A DNA stretch of 64,000 nt from Candidatus Bathyarchaeota archaeon (GTDB lineage: Archaea; Thermoproteota; Bathyarchaeia; Bathyarchaeales; Bathycorpusculaceae), in assembly GCA_963733095.1 (NCBI GenBank), contig CAVTBV010000013.1:32001-96000 (forward strand), read 5' to 3'. The notes under the pieces are model-generated. The model made no database searches and was not told the DNA's origin. It saw nothing but the letters and a program-made list of their open reading frames with translations. The position numbers were made by a program, and so were the translations under genes. Within the stretch, counting starts at the first letter, position 1, and every line of letters begins with the position of its first letter. This document shows, piece by piece, positions 31,069 through 41,770 of the stretch.

Positions 31069-32685
31069 TTATTTCATTATGGCTTTGAGGTCTTCATCTG
31101 GCGTCTTGATCGGCATAATGTTGAATTTTTCAACAAGAACGTTTAGGATGTTTGGTGTTATGAAGGCTGGTAGACTTGGTCCAATGCGCATGTCTTTTAT
31201 GCCCAGATACAATAGCGATAGCAAGATTGCAACGGCTTTTTGCTCATACCATGAGAGCACTATTGAGAGAGGCAAATCGTTAATTTCCACGTGGAACGCT
31301 TCTGCCAAGGCTTGAGCAATTTTTACTGCCGAGTAAGCATCGTTGCACTGTCCAATGTCGAGCAGGCGTGGGATGTCGTCGATTGTTCCTAGTTCTTTGT
31401 CGAAGAATCGGAATTTTCCGCAGGCAAGCGTCATTATGATGGTGTTGCTGGGTGCTTTCTCCACAAATTCTGTGTAGTAGCTGCGTCCGGGTTTTGCTCC
31501 GTCGCATCCGCCGACAAGTATGAAGCGTTTGATGTGTCCACTCTTTACTGAATCTATAACTTTGCCCGCAACACTTAGAACCGCGTTTCTGCCGAATCCA
31601 ACCAGGACCGTTTTGCCTTCAACATCATCTGGGAACCCTGGCATCTCCAGCGCTTTCTTTATTACTGGTGAGAAGTCTTTGCCGCTAATATGCGTCACGC
31701 CTGGGTAGCCGACCGTTCCAGCTGTGAAAATGTTGCTCTTGTAGCTTTCGATTGGGCGCTGGATGCAGTTGGTTGTCATTAGTATGGCGCCTGGAAACTG
31801 TGCGAATTCTTTCTGCTGGTTTTGCCATGCGGTTCCGTAGTGGCCGTAGAAGTTGGGATATGCTTTGAGTTTTGGGTAGCCGTGGGTTGGGAGCATTTCG
31901 CCGTGGGTATAGACGGTGATGCCTGTGCCTTGGGTTTGTTTTAGTATGTTTTCTAAGTCGATGAGGTCGTGTCCTGAAACGACGATGGCTTTGCCTTTTT
32001 TGTGTCCAAGGGGCACTTTGGTTGGGACTGGGTGTCCGTAGGTTTCTGTATTTCCTGCGTCGAGTAGTTCCATGGCGCGGATGTTGATTTCTCCGCATTT
32101 GAAAACTAAACTGACGAAATCGTTTACAACAAGTGATTTGTTGAATGGGGCTACTAATCCTTCGTGGATGAAGTCAAAGACTTTCTGGTCTTTTTTGCCC
32201 AAAAGGTATGCATGGTACGCATACGCTGCGACGCCTTTTAACCCATAGGTCAAAAGCCACTGCAACCCGTGCAAGTCAGGGTCCATGTTGGGTTCAGAGT
32301 TTATCCCATGTTGTTTGCCCTGAGCAATTAACCCTTCCATCGTGTTTTCTAAGGGCAAATAGTCAGCTTTGACGCCTAGCTGCTTGTGTAGTTTGTCGTG
32401 GAGTTCAGCGGTTTTTCTGATGTACGCAACGATTGCTTCTGGATCAAAATTCACGTTTGTCAAAGTAACAAAAAGAGCTTCAGCTGTGAAAACGCTTGTT
32501 TGCTCATCCTTTATTCCCGCTTTTCCTGCTTGGATTACGAGTTGACTAAGTTCGCGTAGTTTGTAGACTAAAAGATCTTGAAGGTTTGAGACGTCAGCGG
32601 TTTTTCCGCAGACCCCTACGATTGTGCAGCCTGTGCCTTTGGCTGTTTGTTCACATTGGTAACAGAACATTTGATTTTGGCTCAT
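31069..32685 (-). CDS. hcp: Hybrid cluster protein (hydroxylamine/NO reductase)
   Basis: MFCYQCEQT..GC...GVCGK, HGEMLP, TTNC, GGCDG, ACGK, GQCND, SWYEQKA. Confidence 0.96.
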   Translation of the reverse strand: MSQNQMFCYQCEQTAKGTGCTIVGVCGKTADVSNLQDLLVYKLRELSQLVIQAGKAGIKDEQTSVFTAEALFVTLTNVNFDPEAIVAYIRKTAELHDKLHKQLGVKADYLPLENTMEGLIAQGKQHGINSEPNMDPDLHGLQWLLTYGLKGVAAYAYHAYLLGKKDQKVFDFIHEGLVAPFNKSLVVNDFVSLVFKCGEINIRAMELLDAGNTETYGHPVPTKVPLGHKKGKAIVVSGHDLIDLENILKQTQGTGITVYTHGEMLPTHGYPKLKAYPNFYGHYGTAWQNQQKEFAQFPGAILMTTNCIQRPIESYKSNIFTAGTVGYPGVTHISGKDFSPVIKKALEMPGFPDDVEGKTVLVGFGRNAVLSVAGKVIDSVKSGHIKRFILVGGCDGAKPGRSYYTEFVEKAPSNTIIMTLACGKFRFFDKELGTIDDIPRLLDIGQCNDAYSAVKIAQALAEAFHVEINDLPLSIVLSWYEQKAVAILLSLLYLGIKDMRIGPSLPAFITPNILNVLVEKFNIMPIKTPDEDLKAIMK

Positions 32686-32850
32686 TCTTTACACCTTTAC
32701 ATACTTATTGTGCAAGTTCCAAAATAGGTATTGTCCCTAACATTTTAGGGATTTAAAAAATAATGTTGCTACCTACAAGAAATAAAAAAGTAAAACCACT
32801 ATTTGTCTCTTGTGTTTGAGCCTTAATTGCAAAGTTAGGCGAGCGAAAGG

Positions 32851-33480
32851 TTGAAAACAACAGGTGAAGAAGATACCCTGTTGGAACAAACAATGGTTGA
32901 CACATTCTACCTGCACTTAGAATTCACAGGCAAACAGGGCAACTGGTCGATTAACCTTCCCTTCTTATGCAATAAATGCGGAATCTGCTGTACACTTGAA
33001 GACTTCTTAACCGCTGGAGAAATCAACGCCAACCCCTCGGAACCCCCCGAAGTTCACGCAAAAATAAAAGTGCTTTTTGAATCCTTGGGAAAGATCTGGG
33101 AGGAAGACGTAGCAAAATACGACAAATACGTGATGGACAATCGATGTCCTTTTCTGATAAATAATTCTTGTTCAATCTATGCAATCCGACCTGATGGCTG
33201 TCGGCTCTTTCCAAAAACCGCGTTCGGCATGCAAACCACAGATTGCGAAGCCCTTAACCGATTCAAAAAAATGCGAAGCGCCCTAAAAAAAGGCAGAAAC
33301 ACAAAAGAGGACTATTACTTTACGGGACAAACTACAAAATTAATGCGGGGTAACGAAACGATAAAACCAGCAAAATTCGATGAAAAACAGTTCCTTGCGT
33401 GCATTGTTAAATTGCGCAAATTAGGTATAACAGATGATGAATTGGTTCTGTTTAAATGGTTCAATGAAAACCGAATGTAA
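32851..33480 (+). CDS. YkgJ-family cysteine cluster protein
   Basis: CNKCGICC, CPFL....CSIY.IRP.GCR.FP. Confidence 0.75.
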   Translation: MKTTGEEDTLLEQTMVDTFYLHLEFTGKQGNWSINLPFLCNKCGICCTLEDFLTAGEINANPSEPPEVHAKIKVLFESLGKIWEEDVAKYDKYVMDNRCPFLINNSCSIYAIRPDGCRLFPKTAFGMQTTDCEALNRFKKMRSALKKGRNTKEDYYFTGQTTKLMRGNETIKPAKFDEKQFLACIVKLRKLGITDDELVLFKWFNENRM

Positions 33481-33687
33481 CTCTGCAACCTAATTCATTG
33501 GCTTCACTCAATATTTTGATCCTAATATCTAACCTATACAAAGCCCCTTAGAGGAACAGGACAACACGAAACTATTTAGATTCTTAGGGGTTCTATGTTG
33601 AAAAGATGAAGGGTGAGTCAAAAGCCCCTGAAGGGGTAGTCGTATTGACAATAAACCAGTACATTAGCATTTTAAAATATTAGGCTA

Positions 33688-34899
33688 TCAACTATCCAGG
33701 CTTTTTAAACTTAAAACCAAAGGCACAGTTACGAGAGAAATCATGGCCGAAAACACAAAGGCCAACCCATCAAAACCCACAGAAACCCCCAAAGAAAATG
33801 CGCTCGCCGCCAAAACAGGCGCAACTGTCTGCGCTAACCCTGCAATTGCCCAAGCAACCCCCAACGCGCCACCTTGAGCATTCTCAGGAGTATTGGTGGA
33901 AATCAGAGTGTTTAGGGTAACGATTTGGATTCCAAAGCCGATGGAAAATACAGCAGCGATTACGGAGAATACTGCGAGGCTTGACGTTACCGATAGAGCC
34001 ACAAGTCCAATGACCAGAAAGGCGATTCCAAGCAAAGTCAGATTTAATCGGTTAAACAATTTGCCAAGCATAGGCAACAGTACGGCTTGGGTAAGCACGC
34101 TAACCCCGCCTATAAAAAAGAAAACCAGCCCTGTCTCAAATGAACCATAGCCAAAGACTGTTTGCAGCCAAGGCGAGAGAGCAGCCTGCAGAAAAACAAA
34201 CGACACAAAAAACAAAAAGTAAATCGCCAACAGCAAAGCGACCCTCTGCTTTCTAAGGACTCTTAGAAGAGTGCCAAAGGAAACTACCGTTCTTTTTATG
34301 TTAAAACTTGCGGGTTCAGGCAAAAGAAAATACGCTAAAGCAAAATTCGTAAACGCCAAACCAGCCGCTAGAAAAGATGGTACCCCATAGCCAAAGAGGG
34401 TGCTTAGTGTTCCGCCGATTGCTGGACCAAAAATGAACGCTAAACCTGCCGCTGCCCCCAAAAGCCCCAGGTACCTTAACCGCGCGTTTTTGGTGGTAAC
34501 ATCTGCAACGTAGGCTTGGGCAACAGGTACCGTGGCAGCGGTTGTTCCTGACAGCATCCTGCCCAAGAAAAGCAGCCAAATAGCCTGTGCTGCCCCAAAC
34601 AAGAAATAACTAAAACTCGCTACTAACAAAGCGGCAAGCAGGATTTTTCTTCTTCCATACCGATCACTGAATCTTGAGACAAGGGGCGTGAAAATGAAGG
34701 ACATGAGGCTGTATGAAGCCAAGAGTACGCCGTAGAGGATTGTGGAGCCACCCAAGGCAACAACATAGAAGTACAAGTAGGGCACCACTATGGCGAATCC
34801 TAAGTTGTCGAGGAAAACAACGGAGAACAGAACGCTAAAAGTGGAGCGACTAGCCGAAACACCATTGGCGGTTGAGTTGTCGTTGACCAAAACTTTCAC
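33688..34899 (-). CDS. MFS transporter (TetA/DHA1-like; start uncertain)
   Basis: D.LGF.IV.P, SDRYGRRK, GR.LSG, AYVAD, GP.IGG; 12 TM. Confidence 0.88.
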   Translation of the reverse strand: MKVLVNDNSTANGVSASRSTFSVLFSVVFLDNLGFAIVVPYLYFYVVALGGSTILYGVLLASYSLMSFIFTPLVSRFSDRYGRRKILLAALLVASFSYFLFGAAQAIWLLFLGRMLSGTTAATVPVAQAYVADVTTKNARLRYLGLLGAAAGLAFIFGPAIGGTLSTLFGYGVPSFLAAGLAFTNFALAYFLLPEPASFNIKRTVVSFGTLLRVLRKQRVALLLAIYFLFFVSFVFLQAALSPWLQTVFGYGSFETGLVFFFIGGVSVLTQAVLLPMLGKLFNRLNLTLLGIAFLVIGLVALSVTSSLAVFSVIAAVFSIGFGIQIVTLNTLISTNTPENAQGGALGVAWAIAGLAQTVAPVLAASAFSLGVSVGFDGLAFVFSAMISLVTVPLVLSLKSLDS

Positions 34900-35060
34900 T
34901 AACAAGTTAACGACGGCTGAGCAGATAAGCATTTTGAGAACTTGGAATTCTCGGAAGTTGATAGCGGAAACAATAATATTCACTAATACTGTTAGTCTAT
35001 GGGCATTCTTGTGAAGCAAATGCTTAATGGGAATTGAAAAAAATTTTGGATGTGAAAAAT

Positions 35061-36395
35061 ATGGGTGTTTTAATGCAAGGCTTCTATTGGGACTGTCCCA
35101 AGCTTGAAAATGTCGAATTCAACTGGTGGCTATACGTTAAAAATAAACTTCCCACTTTGAAGAAAGCCGGATTCACCGCCATTTGGCTCCCCCCGCCGGG
35201 CAAGGCAGCAAGCAACCCCTCGATGGGATACGACATCTATGACTACTTTGACTTGGGTGAATTCAACCAGAAAGGATCCATGCGCACCTGGTTTGGTTCA
35301 AAAGATGAAATAGTCGATCTAATAAAATCCGCCCACAACAACGGATTACAAGTCTACGCCGACGTCGTTTTAAATCACAACAGCGGCGGCGACCAAGAAG
35401 AACTAAACCCCATCGACCACAAAAAACGATGGACCAAGTTCAACCCAAAAAGCCAAGAATTCGAACGAAACTGGAAATGTTTCCATCCTTCACCATACGA
35501 AAGATGGGACGATAAAACCTTCGGCGCCATGCCCGATTTATGCCACCGAAACCCAAAAGTCCTCGGAAACATGCTCAAATACGTCAGGTGGCTCATCGAA
35601 GAAATTGGATTTGACGGTTACCGCTATGACTTTGTTAAAGGTTACGGCAGCTGGATAGCAACCTCAATCCAAGACCTCCGCGTTAGGAAGAACGGCAAAT
35701 TCATCAACCCCTTCGGCGTAGGGGAATGCTGGGACGAATATTCAGTCATAAAAGAGTGGCTCACCGAAACCAACGTATTGTCAGATAATCCCGCAAGCGC
35801 CTTCGACTTCCCCCTCCACTACAGGCTCAAAAACTTATGCGATACCTTCGGCTACAGCCTAAAGAACCTCACTCAACCTGGAACATTGCTAAACGATTAC
35901 CCCCAATACGCCGTTACATTCGTTGACGACCATGATACAGCACATGAAGAACCAATTGTCAATGATAAAATCTTGGCCTATGCGTTCATCTTGACAAATG
36001 AAGGTTACCCCTGCGTACTTTGGCAGGATTATTTCAACTATCAATTGGCTAAAGAAGACACGGCAAACGGAATAGACGCACTAATCAAAGTTCACGAACA
36101 ACACGCTGGTGGCACAACTTCAGTTCTCTATGTTGACGACGACCTATATATCATGCAGCGAAACGGGGCTGGAGATCAAGAAGGCTTGATTTTTGTTCTC
36201 AACAACCGAGGAGACAGCTGGAACGGACGTTTTGTACCAACAAAGTGGAGAAATACTAAACTCAAAGCAGAAGCCTGGGGAACTAACACAATCAATGTTC
36301 AAGCTCCCTTGGAACAGTTGACGCAGGAGAATGGTTGGGGCGAATTCTATGCGCCGCCAAGAGGATATGCAGTCTACGTACCTCAACGTACCTGA
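35061..36395 (+). CDS. GH13 alpha-amylase (no signal peptide)
   Basis: MQGFYWD, GYD.YDYFDLG, DVVLNH, DGYRYDFVKGY, GECWD, FVDDHDT. Confidence 0.9.
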   Translation: MGVLMQGFYWDCPKLENVEFNWWLYVKNKLPTLKKAGFTAIWLPPPGKAASNPSMGYDIYDYFDLGEFNQKGSMRTWFGSKDEIVDLIKSAHNNGLQVYADVVLNHNSGGDQEELNPIDHKKRWTKFNPKSQEFERNWKCFHPSPYERWDDKTFGAMPDLCHRNPKVLGNMLKYVRWLIEEIGFDGYRYDFVKGYGSWIATSIQDLRVRKNGKFINPFGVGECWDEYSVIKEWLTETNVLSDNPASAFDFPLHYRLKNLCDTFGYSLKNLTQPGTLLNDYPQYAVTFVDDHDTAHEEPIVNDKILAYAFILTNEGYPCVLWQDYFNYQLAKEDTANGIDALIKVHEQHAGGTTSVLYVDDDLYIMQRNGAGDQEGLIFVLNNRGDSWNGRFVPTKWRNTKLKAEAWGTNTINVQAPLEQLTQENGWGEFYAPPRGYAVYVPQRT

Positions 36396-36409
36396 AACGA
36401 GGGCTGAAT

Positions 36410-36757
36410 ATGAAGTCAAAGTTTGGCTGGATAAAAGCTAACGGCATCAAATACGAAAAAGACATAATTCTACATACAGACGGCTCAATTACCAAACGGC
36501 AGAAGAAAAAATCCAAGGATTTAAAACCAATTTATGGTCACACACCGCTCTCAGAACGTGAACTTGATTTTCTTATGCAAGAAAATCCCAAAGTCGTTTA
36601 CATTGGAATTGGCCATCAGTCAGCACTGCCCATAACGCAAGAAGCCATGGCTATTCTAAAAAAATATGAAACCATTATTCTGCCCACAAATGAGATAACC
36701 GAAAAAATCGACAACGAGGACAGAAAAATGGTGGCGTTAATTCACGTCACCTGTTGA
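36410..36757 (+). CDS. Mth938-like domain protein
   Basis: FGWI..NG..YEKDI, GHTPL, IGIG....L, ALIHVTC. Confidence 0.8.
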   Translation: MKSKFGWIKANGIKYEKDIILHTDGSITKRQKKKSKDLKPIYGHTPLSERELDFLMQENPKVVYIGIGHQSALPITQEAMAILKKYETIILPTNEITEKIDNEDRKMVALIHVTC

Positions 36758-36779
36758 CCTCAAAATTAGCTTTAAAAAT

Positions 36780-37283
36780 TTAGGATTGGTGCTGTTTTAT
36801 GAATTTGGTCATGTTAACGATCTCTAAGTCGCCTTGACATCTGGGACAGGTACTTTGGATTTCAGGTCCTTTCAGACCTATTTTCATGGGCGTCCCACAG
36901 TGACAGCAGTAGATGGTTAGATTTTGTCCTTTCTCAACGAGCTTTTTGACGAGGGCAGCGGCTTCTTTTTGCTGTTCCGTTGGTTCATTCTTCTTTTTTA
37001 AGGTGCCTTTATGCTCAGTAGAGAAGTCTTTGCATGTTTCCGCCTGAACAAAATAAGTGTTAAACCCAACCTTCACAGGCGTCAAGTTTTTTCCACGTTT
37101 CTCACAGGATTCCTCATCGAAGAAGCCGCAGTCTTCACAAGCCTTTTTCTGACTGTATTCTTTCTGAAGCTTCCAGAGGCAATCCGCACAATAAGTTCGT
37201 TCCTCACCATTTAGACTTACAATTAAGCCATTGCCGGAGAAGGATTTCTTGCAACCGTAACATTCGGACCGCATAATGTTCAC
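36780..37283 (-). CDS. Cys-rich (multi Zn-finger) hypothetical protein
   Basis: Five CxxC pairs. Confidence 0.6.
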   Translation of the reverse strand: MNIMRSECYGCKKSFSGNGLIVSLNGEERTYCADCLWKLQKEYSQKKACEDCGFFDEESCEKRGKNLTPVKVGFNTYFVQAETCKDFSTEHKGTLKKKNEPTEQQKEAAALVKKLVEKGQNLTIYCCHCGTPMKIGLKGPEIQSTCPRCQGDLEIVNMTKFIKQHQS

Positions 37284-37414
37284 TTTGGAAATTACATTTG
37301 TGGGGTTTTATTTATTGTTTGATTTAGGTTTTTTGGAAATGCCCCTTTGTATACTAAAAAGCCGTCAACAGGTTGAAACGGATTAAGCTTTGAAAAAATT
37401 TTATTTAAAGAAAA

Positions 37415-38323
37415 TTATTTGAGGATTTTTTCCCAACCAGCAACCCTGACAAGGACTTCTTGCACAGGTTTTTGCCCATAACTCTTAAGTCTCTCTCTTA
37501 ACTGAGTGTTCCCAACTACAGCTTTCTGGAAATCTAACATTTGGCTTGCACCGTCAGTTAAGTAGAGGAAGCCGTCTGCTCCTGCTCTTGCACAGCGAAC
37601 CGTAACTGTCAGTAGTTCCTCGGAGGTTGGTACATCTTTGGGGTCGTCGCCTGGACCGAAGACGTATAGGCTGATGTGGAAGGGTTTTTTCAGCAGTTTT
37701 TTAAAGCCGCGTGCAAGCATTTCCCAGTACCATGGGGTTGCGTAGTTTTTGCTAAACATTACAACGTTGAATGCATCAGCGTATTTGGCTTGGTCGTCGA
37801 AGTCTACACCGTAACGCTCGCAGGATGTTATGGGGTCAGGCTGGAGGCTTAAGACGAGTTCTTTTTTAACTACGTCTCGGATTTGCGCTATGTATTCGGT
37901 GATTTCTTTTCTGCGCCATTCAAACCAGCCAAGACCACTTTTCTGCCACAGCTCTTTGCATCGTGGGCAGGTGCAGTGTCCATGGTCGGCAAAATATTGG
38001 CTGTTTAACCAAATTCCCGGGGATTGCCTATCCACTTCGGCGATGTATTTGAGTTGCTCTTCTCGATATTCTGGATGTGTTGCGCATATGACGCTCCAGT
38101 AAATGTTGAAGTTGTTGTTTCCAAATTTGGCTGGACCTAGCGGGGATTGGGAAACCCAGTCAGGGTGATTTTGTACGGTTTGTGTGTCTGCGAAGACAGC
38201 TATATTGCTGTACATGTCTTTCACTGGCTGGAGCCTTATGCCAGTTTCAGGTTTGACTCGCAAAACGTGGAAGTCGAAGCCTTGAGGTTTTTGAGGTTGA
38301 AACGTGAATGAACCAAACTTCAT
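37415..38323 (-). CDS. Hypothetical TIM-barrel protein, glycoside-hydrolase-like
   Basis: HPDWV, C.T.P.YR, HCTCPRC, W.EWR...IT, YGVD. Confidence 0.5.
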   Translation of the reverse strand: MKFGSFTFQPQKPQGFDFHVLRVKPETGIRLQPVKDMYSNIAVFADTQTVQNHPDWVSQSPLGPAKFGNNNFNIYWSVICATHPEYREEQLKYIAEVDRQSPGIWLNSQYFADHGHCTCPRCKELWQKSGLGWFEWRRKEITEYIAQIRDVVKKELVLSLQPDPITSCERYGVDFDDQAKYADAFNVVMFSKNYATPWYWEMLARGFKKLLKKPFHISLYVFGPGDDPKDVPTSEELLTVTVRCARAGADGFLYLTDGASQMLDFQKAVVGNTQLRERLKSYGQKPVQEVLVRVAGWEKILK

Positions 38324-38716
38324 AATCTTGTACGCCTTTTGGGCAAAGAAGCGGTTGTGGTGTTATAAGTTTTTTTGTGCCTTGTGGATTTTGCGGTGTT
38401 TTTGTGTTTGGACCTGTTTTGAAGGCAGAATTGTATATTTCTTAAACAAGTGAATGGTGGTGTACATTTGAAAAGAAGTTTGCGCTGCTGTTATTGATGT
38501 TTTGAGGTTTTGTTGGTTTTTTTGCATGAATTTTTGAATTTTGCCTGAATTGCTGAAAAAGAGTTGGCAAAATCACGTGTTTGGGTATGATATTTGGATT
38601 ATCATCCATAAATATTGGAATTTTACAATCAGATGGATAGTTTTAAATATAAGTTTGAGATAATTGCACAGTCATTATAAAAATAAATCAACAAATGTTA
38701 AATGGTGTATTAAAAA

Positions 38717-39994
38717 ATGAGTGTAACCACTTTGACTTCAAACTCTGGAGATGTAGCATGGGTTCTGACATCAACCGCCCTAGTAATGATAATGACTCCC
38801 GCACTAGGCTTCTTTTACGGCGGCTTAGTGCGCAAGAAAAACCTTGTATCCACAATCGCTCAATGCTTTATCATATTTGCCGTAATCAGTCTAACTTGGG
38901 CGTTGTGGGGCTACAGCATGGCTTTTGGCCCCAGCTACCGCGGAATAATAGGAAACCTGTCTCTGGCAGGGTTAAACGGCGTAGGCATACACGACATCAA
39001 CCCTGCCCTCGCAGCGACAATACCCACACTGCTCGTCTTCGCCTTTCAGCTAAAATTCGCCGCAATCACACCCGCATTAATAATCGGTGCATGCGCAGAA
39101 AGAGTTCGCTTCCGTTCACTGCTAATATTCATAATCCTTTGGTCAACCCTCATCTACGTGCCAATCGCACACTGGGTTTGGAACCCGGATGGCTGGCTCA
39201 AAGGCATAGGCTCAATCGACTTCGCGGGAGGTCTAGTCGTACACATATCCGCAGGTGTCTCAGCTCTTGCAGCAGCGTTAGTCATTGGCAGACGTAAAGG
39301 CTGCGCTGTTCCATGGAAGAAACACATGAAAGAAATCGACCAAAAAGAGAAAGTAGAATTCAAACCAACTAACATTCCCTACGTCCTGTTGGGTGCAGCA
39401 CTGTTGTGGTTTGGCTGGTTCGGATTCAACGCAGGCAGTGCTTTAGCAGCAAACGACCTTGCCGTTTCCGCTCTAGTCGTCACAAACTTAGCCGCTGCAG
39501 CAGCCGCAGTAAGCTGGATGCTTATGGATTGGCTCCTCAAAGGCAAACCATCAGCAGTTGGGATGGCAGTCGGTGCAGTCGTTGGATTAGTCGTCATAAC
39601 CCCTGCTTCGGGCTTCGTTACCCCTCAAGCAGCAATAATCATGGGTTTAATCGGCGGCATAATATCTAACCTCGTTGCAAGCTGGAGAGCTGGCAGATCA
39701 CGAATAGACGATACATTGGATGTCTTTGCGTGCCACGGAGTTGGCGGTATATGGGGTGCAATAGGCACAGGCATATTCGCTTCCATCGGTGCAACAGGAC
39801 TCATATACGGGAACGTTCACCAATTCCTCGCTCAGCTCTTAGCTGTCGGTGTAGTGGTGCCGTTTTCTTTCGTCGGTTCCTGGCTGTTGCTTAAGGCGGT
39901 CAACCTGTTCTCGCCTCTCAGAGTAAGCCCTGAAGCTGAAGATGCAGGCTTAGACCTCAGCGAGCATGGTGAAGAAGCCTTTCAACTAGATTAG
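38717..39994 (+). CDS. amt: Ammonium transporter (copy 1)
   Basis: MTP.L.FFYGGLVR, FQL.FA, DFAGG.VVH, WFGWFGFNAGS, DDTLDVF..HG, GLD.SEHGE. Confidence 0.95.
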   Translation: MSVTTLTSNSGDVAWVLTSTALVMIMTPALGFFYGGLVRKKNLVSTIAQCFIIFAVISLTWALWGYSMAFGPSYRGIIGNLSLAGLNGVGIHDINPALAATIPTLLVFAFQLKFAAITPALIIGACAERVRFRSLLIFIILWSTLIYVPIAHWVWNPDGWLKGIGSIDFAGGLVVHISAGVSALAAALVIGRRKGCAVPWKKHMKEIDQKEKVEFKPTNIPYVLLGAALLWFGWFGFNAGSALAANDLAVSALVVTNLAAAAAAVSWMLMDWLLKGKPSAVGMAVGAVVGLVVITPASGFVTPQAAIIMGLIGGIISNLVASWRAGRSRIDDTLDVFACHGVGGIWGAIGTGIFASIGATGLIYGNVHQFLAQLLAVGVVVPFSFVGSWLLLKAVNLFSPLRVSPEAEDAGLDLSEHGEEAFQLD

Positions 39995-40260
39995 AGCACT
40001 TCACTGCTCTATTTTTCTCTTTTTTGTTCTTACTGAAATTGGCTGTTTTCATTTTAGACAAGATGCTTTTTTGGCGTAGTTTTTTTGGACAATTTTGCGA
40101 TTATCTGGCTGCATATGAAAAATTGTTGTGTGTTTATGCTGATTGTATGGTAAAGTGTTGTACATTTATCGATTTTTAGCCTTTTATTTAATGCGAATGT
40201 ATAGTTTAAATATTGGTTCTGACAAAAAAGGGGAATAATTAAGCACAAACGGGGAAAGAG

Positions 40261-41550
40261 ATGTCTTACAATCCAGCTGACATTGCATGGGTTCTAACGT
40301 CAACAGCGCTCGTTATGCTGATGACTCCGGCCTTAGCCTTCTTTTACGGCGGCTTAGTCCGAAGAAAAAACCTTGTCTCAACCCTTGTCCAATGTATCGC
40401 CATCTTCGCCGTCGTCAGCTTAGTTTGGTTCTTATGGGGCTACAGCCTCGTTTTTGGACCCAGCATCGGCGGCGTCATCGGAAACTTATCTTTGGCAGGC
40501 TTAAACGGCATTACAATAAACCAAGTTAACACCACCTATGCAGCCGGTATCCCTGAAATCTTGTTCTTCGCGTTCCAGCTAAAATTTGCCGCAATCACAC
40601 CAGCCCTGATCATAGGTGCCTGCGCCGAGCGAATTCGCTTCAAATCCCTGCTTATCTTTGTTGTTTTATGGTCGACTCTCATTTACTCGCCAATAGCCCA
40701 CTGGCTCTGGAACGTCAACGGTTGGTTACACGTTTTAGGCGCCTGGGATTTTGCAGGGGGCATAGTAGTTCACGTCGCGGCTGGGTTGTCAGCCTTGGCA
40801 GCGGCTTTGATTGTAGGTAGACGAAAGGGTTGTGTTTACTGGAAAGACCAAATGAAAGCATTAGACCGCAAAGACGTCAGCGCCCCCGCGATGGGAACCG
40901 AATTCAAACCCACAAACATACCCTATGTGATTTTGGGCGCCGGGCTCCTGTGGTTTGGCTGGTTTGGCTTCAACGGAGGCAGCGCATTAGCAGCTGATAG
41001 CATCGCCGTTTCCGCAGTGGTCGCAACCAACTTGGCGGCGGCGGCAGCGGCGGTAAGTTGGATGCTTATGGATTGGGTAATTAAAGGCAAACCATCCGCC
41101 ATTGGAATCTCTGTTGGTGCAGTTTGTGGTATGGCAGCGGTTACGGCAGCTGCAGGATACATTAACTTCACAGACGCAGTAATCATTGGGTTATCTGCGG
41201 GCATAATCTCAAACTTGGTTGCTAACTGGCGTGCCGGCAGATCGCGAATAGACGACACACTCGACGTTTTTGCCTGCCACGGAATCGGCGGCATCATTGG
41301 CGCGGTGGCGGTTGGTTTGTTTGCTACTGCAGCTGTGAACCCTCTTGTTCGAGGATTATTCTATGGTAACGCGGCTCAGCTCGGCATTCAAGCGCTCGCT
41401 GTCACGGTTGTGGCTGCCTTCGCATTCGTCGGCTCCTACCTTCTTCTAAGGCTGGTGGACGTTTTTTCGCCATTGCGTGTTAGTCCCAAAGAAGAGGATG
41501 AAGGCTTAGATATGAGCCAACACGGCGAAGAAGCCTATCACCTAGATTAA
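40261..41550 (+). CDS. amt: Ammonium transporter (copy 2)
   Basis: Same Amt motifs; close paralog of copy 1. Confidence 0.95.
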   Translation: MSYNPADIAWVLTSTALVMLMTPALAFFYGGLVRRKNLVSTLVQCIAIFAVVSLVWFLWGYSLVFGPSIGGVIGNLSLAGLNGITINQVNTTYAAGIPEILFFAFQLKFAAITPALIIGACAERIRFKSLLIFVVLWSTLIYSPIAHWLWNVNGWLHVLGAWDFAGGIVVHVAAGLSALAAALIVGRRKGCVYWKDQMKALDRKDVSAPAMGTEFKPTNIPYVILGAGLLWFGWFGFNGGSALAADSIAVSAVVATNLAAAAAAVSWMLMDWVIKGKPSAIGISVGAVCGMAAVTAAAGYINFTDAVIIGLSAGIISNLVANWRAGRSRIDDTLDVFACHGIGGIIGAVAVGLFATAAVNPLVRGLFYGNAAQLGIQALAVTVVAAFAFVGSYLLLRLVDVFSPLRVSPKEEDEGLDMSQHGEEAYHLD

Positions 41551-41770
41551 AAGCTGCAGCCTAAGCTGCATGAGTCCCAATTTAACCACAAAATTTTACT
41601 TGTGAATGGGCTGGTGCATTTTTCTGTCAATACCAACGTACCTCTATAAGGTTTCTCAAAATGAGATTCTTTTAGGATTGGGCCCGTGGAGTAAGCGCTT
41701 CTGACCCAGGTTTAAATGGTTTATAATTTAGACTGGGAGCGCTTTAGTCCACATCGGCAGAATTATGAAA

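Noticed and set aside
33540-33640. AAAGCCCCT repeats and an imperfect inverted repeat, MITE-like
   Set aside because: Short and imperfect, with no target-site duplication or second copy
41679-41720. GGGCCCGTGG..CCCAGGTTTAAAT tRNA-like fragment
   Set aside because: Cannot fold a cloverleaf; too short to call
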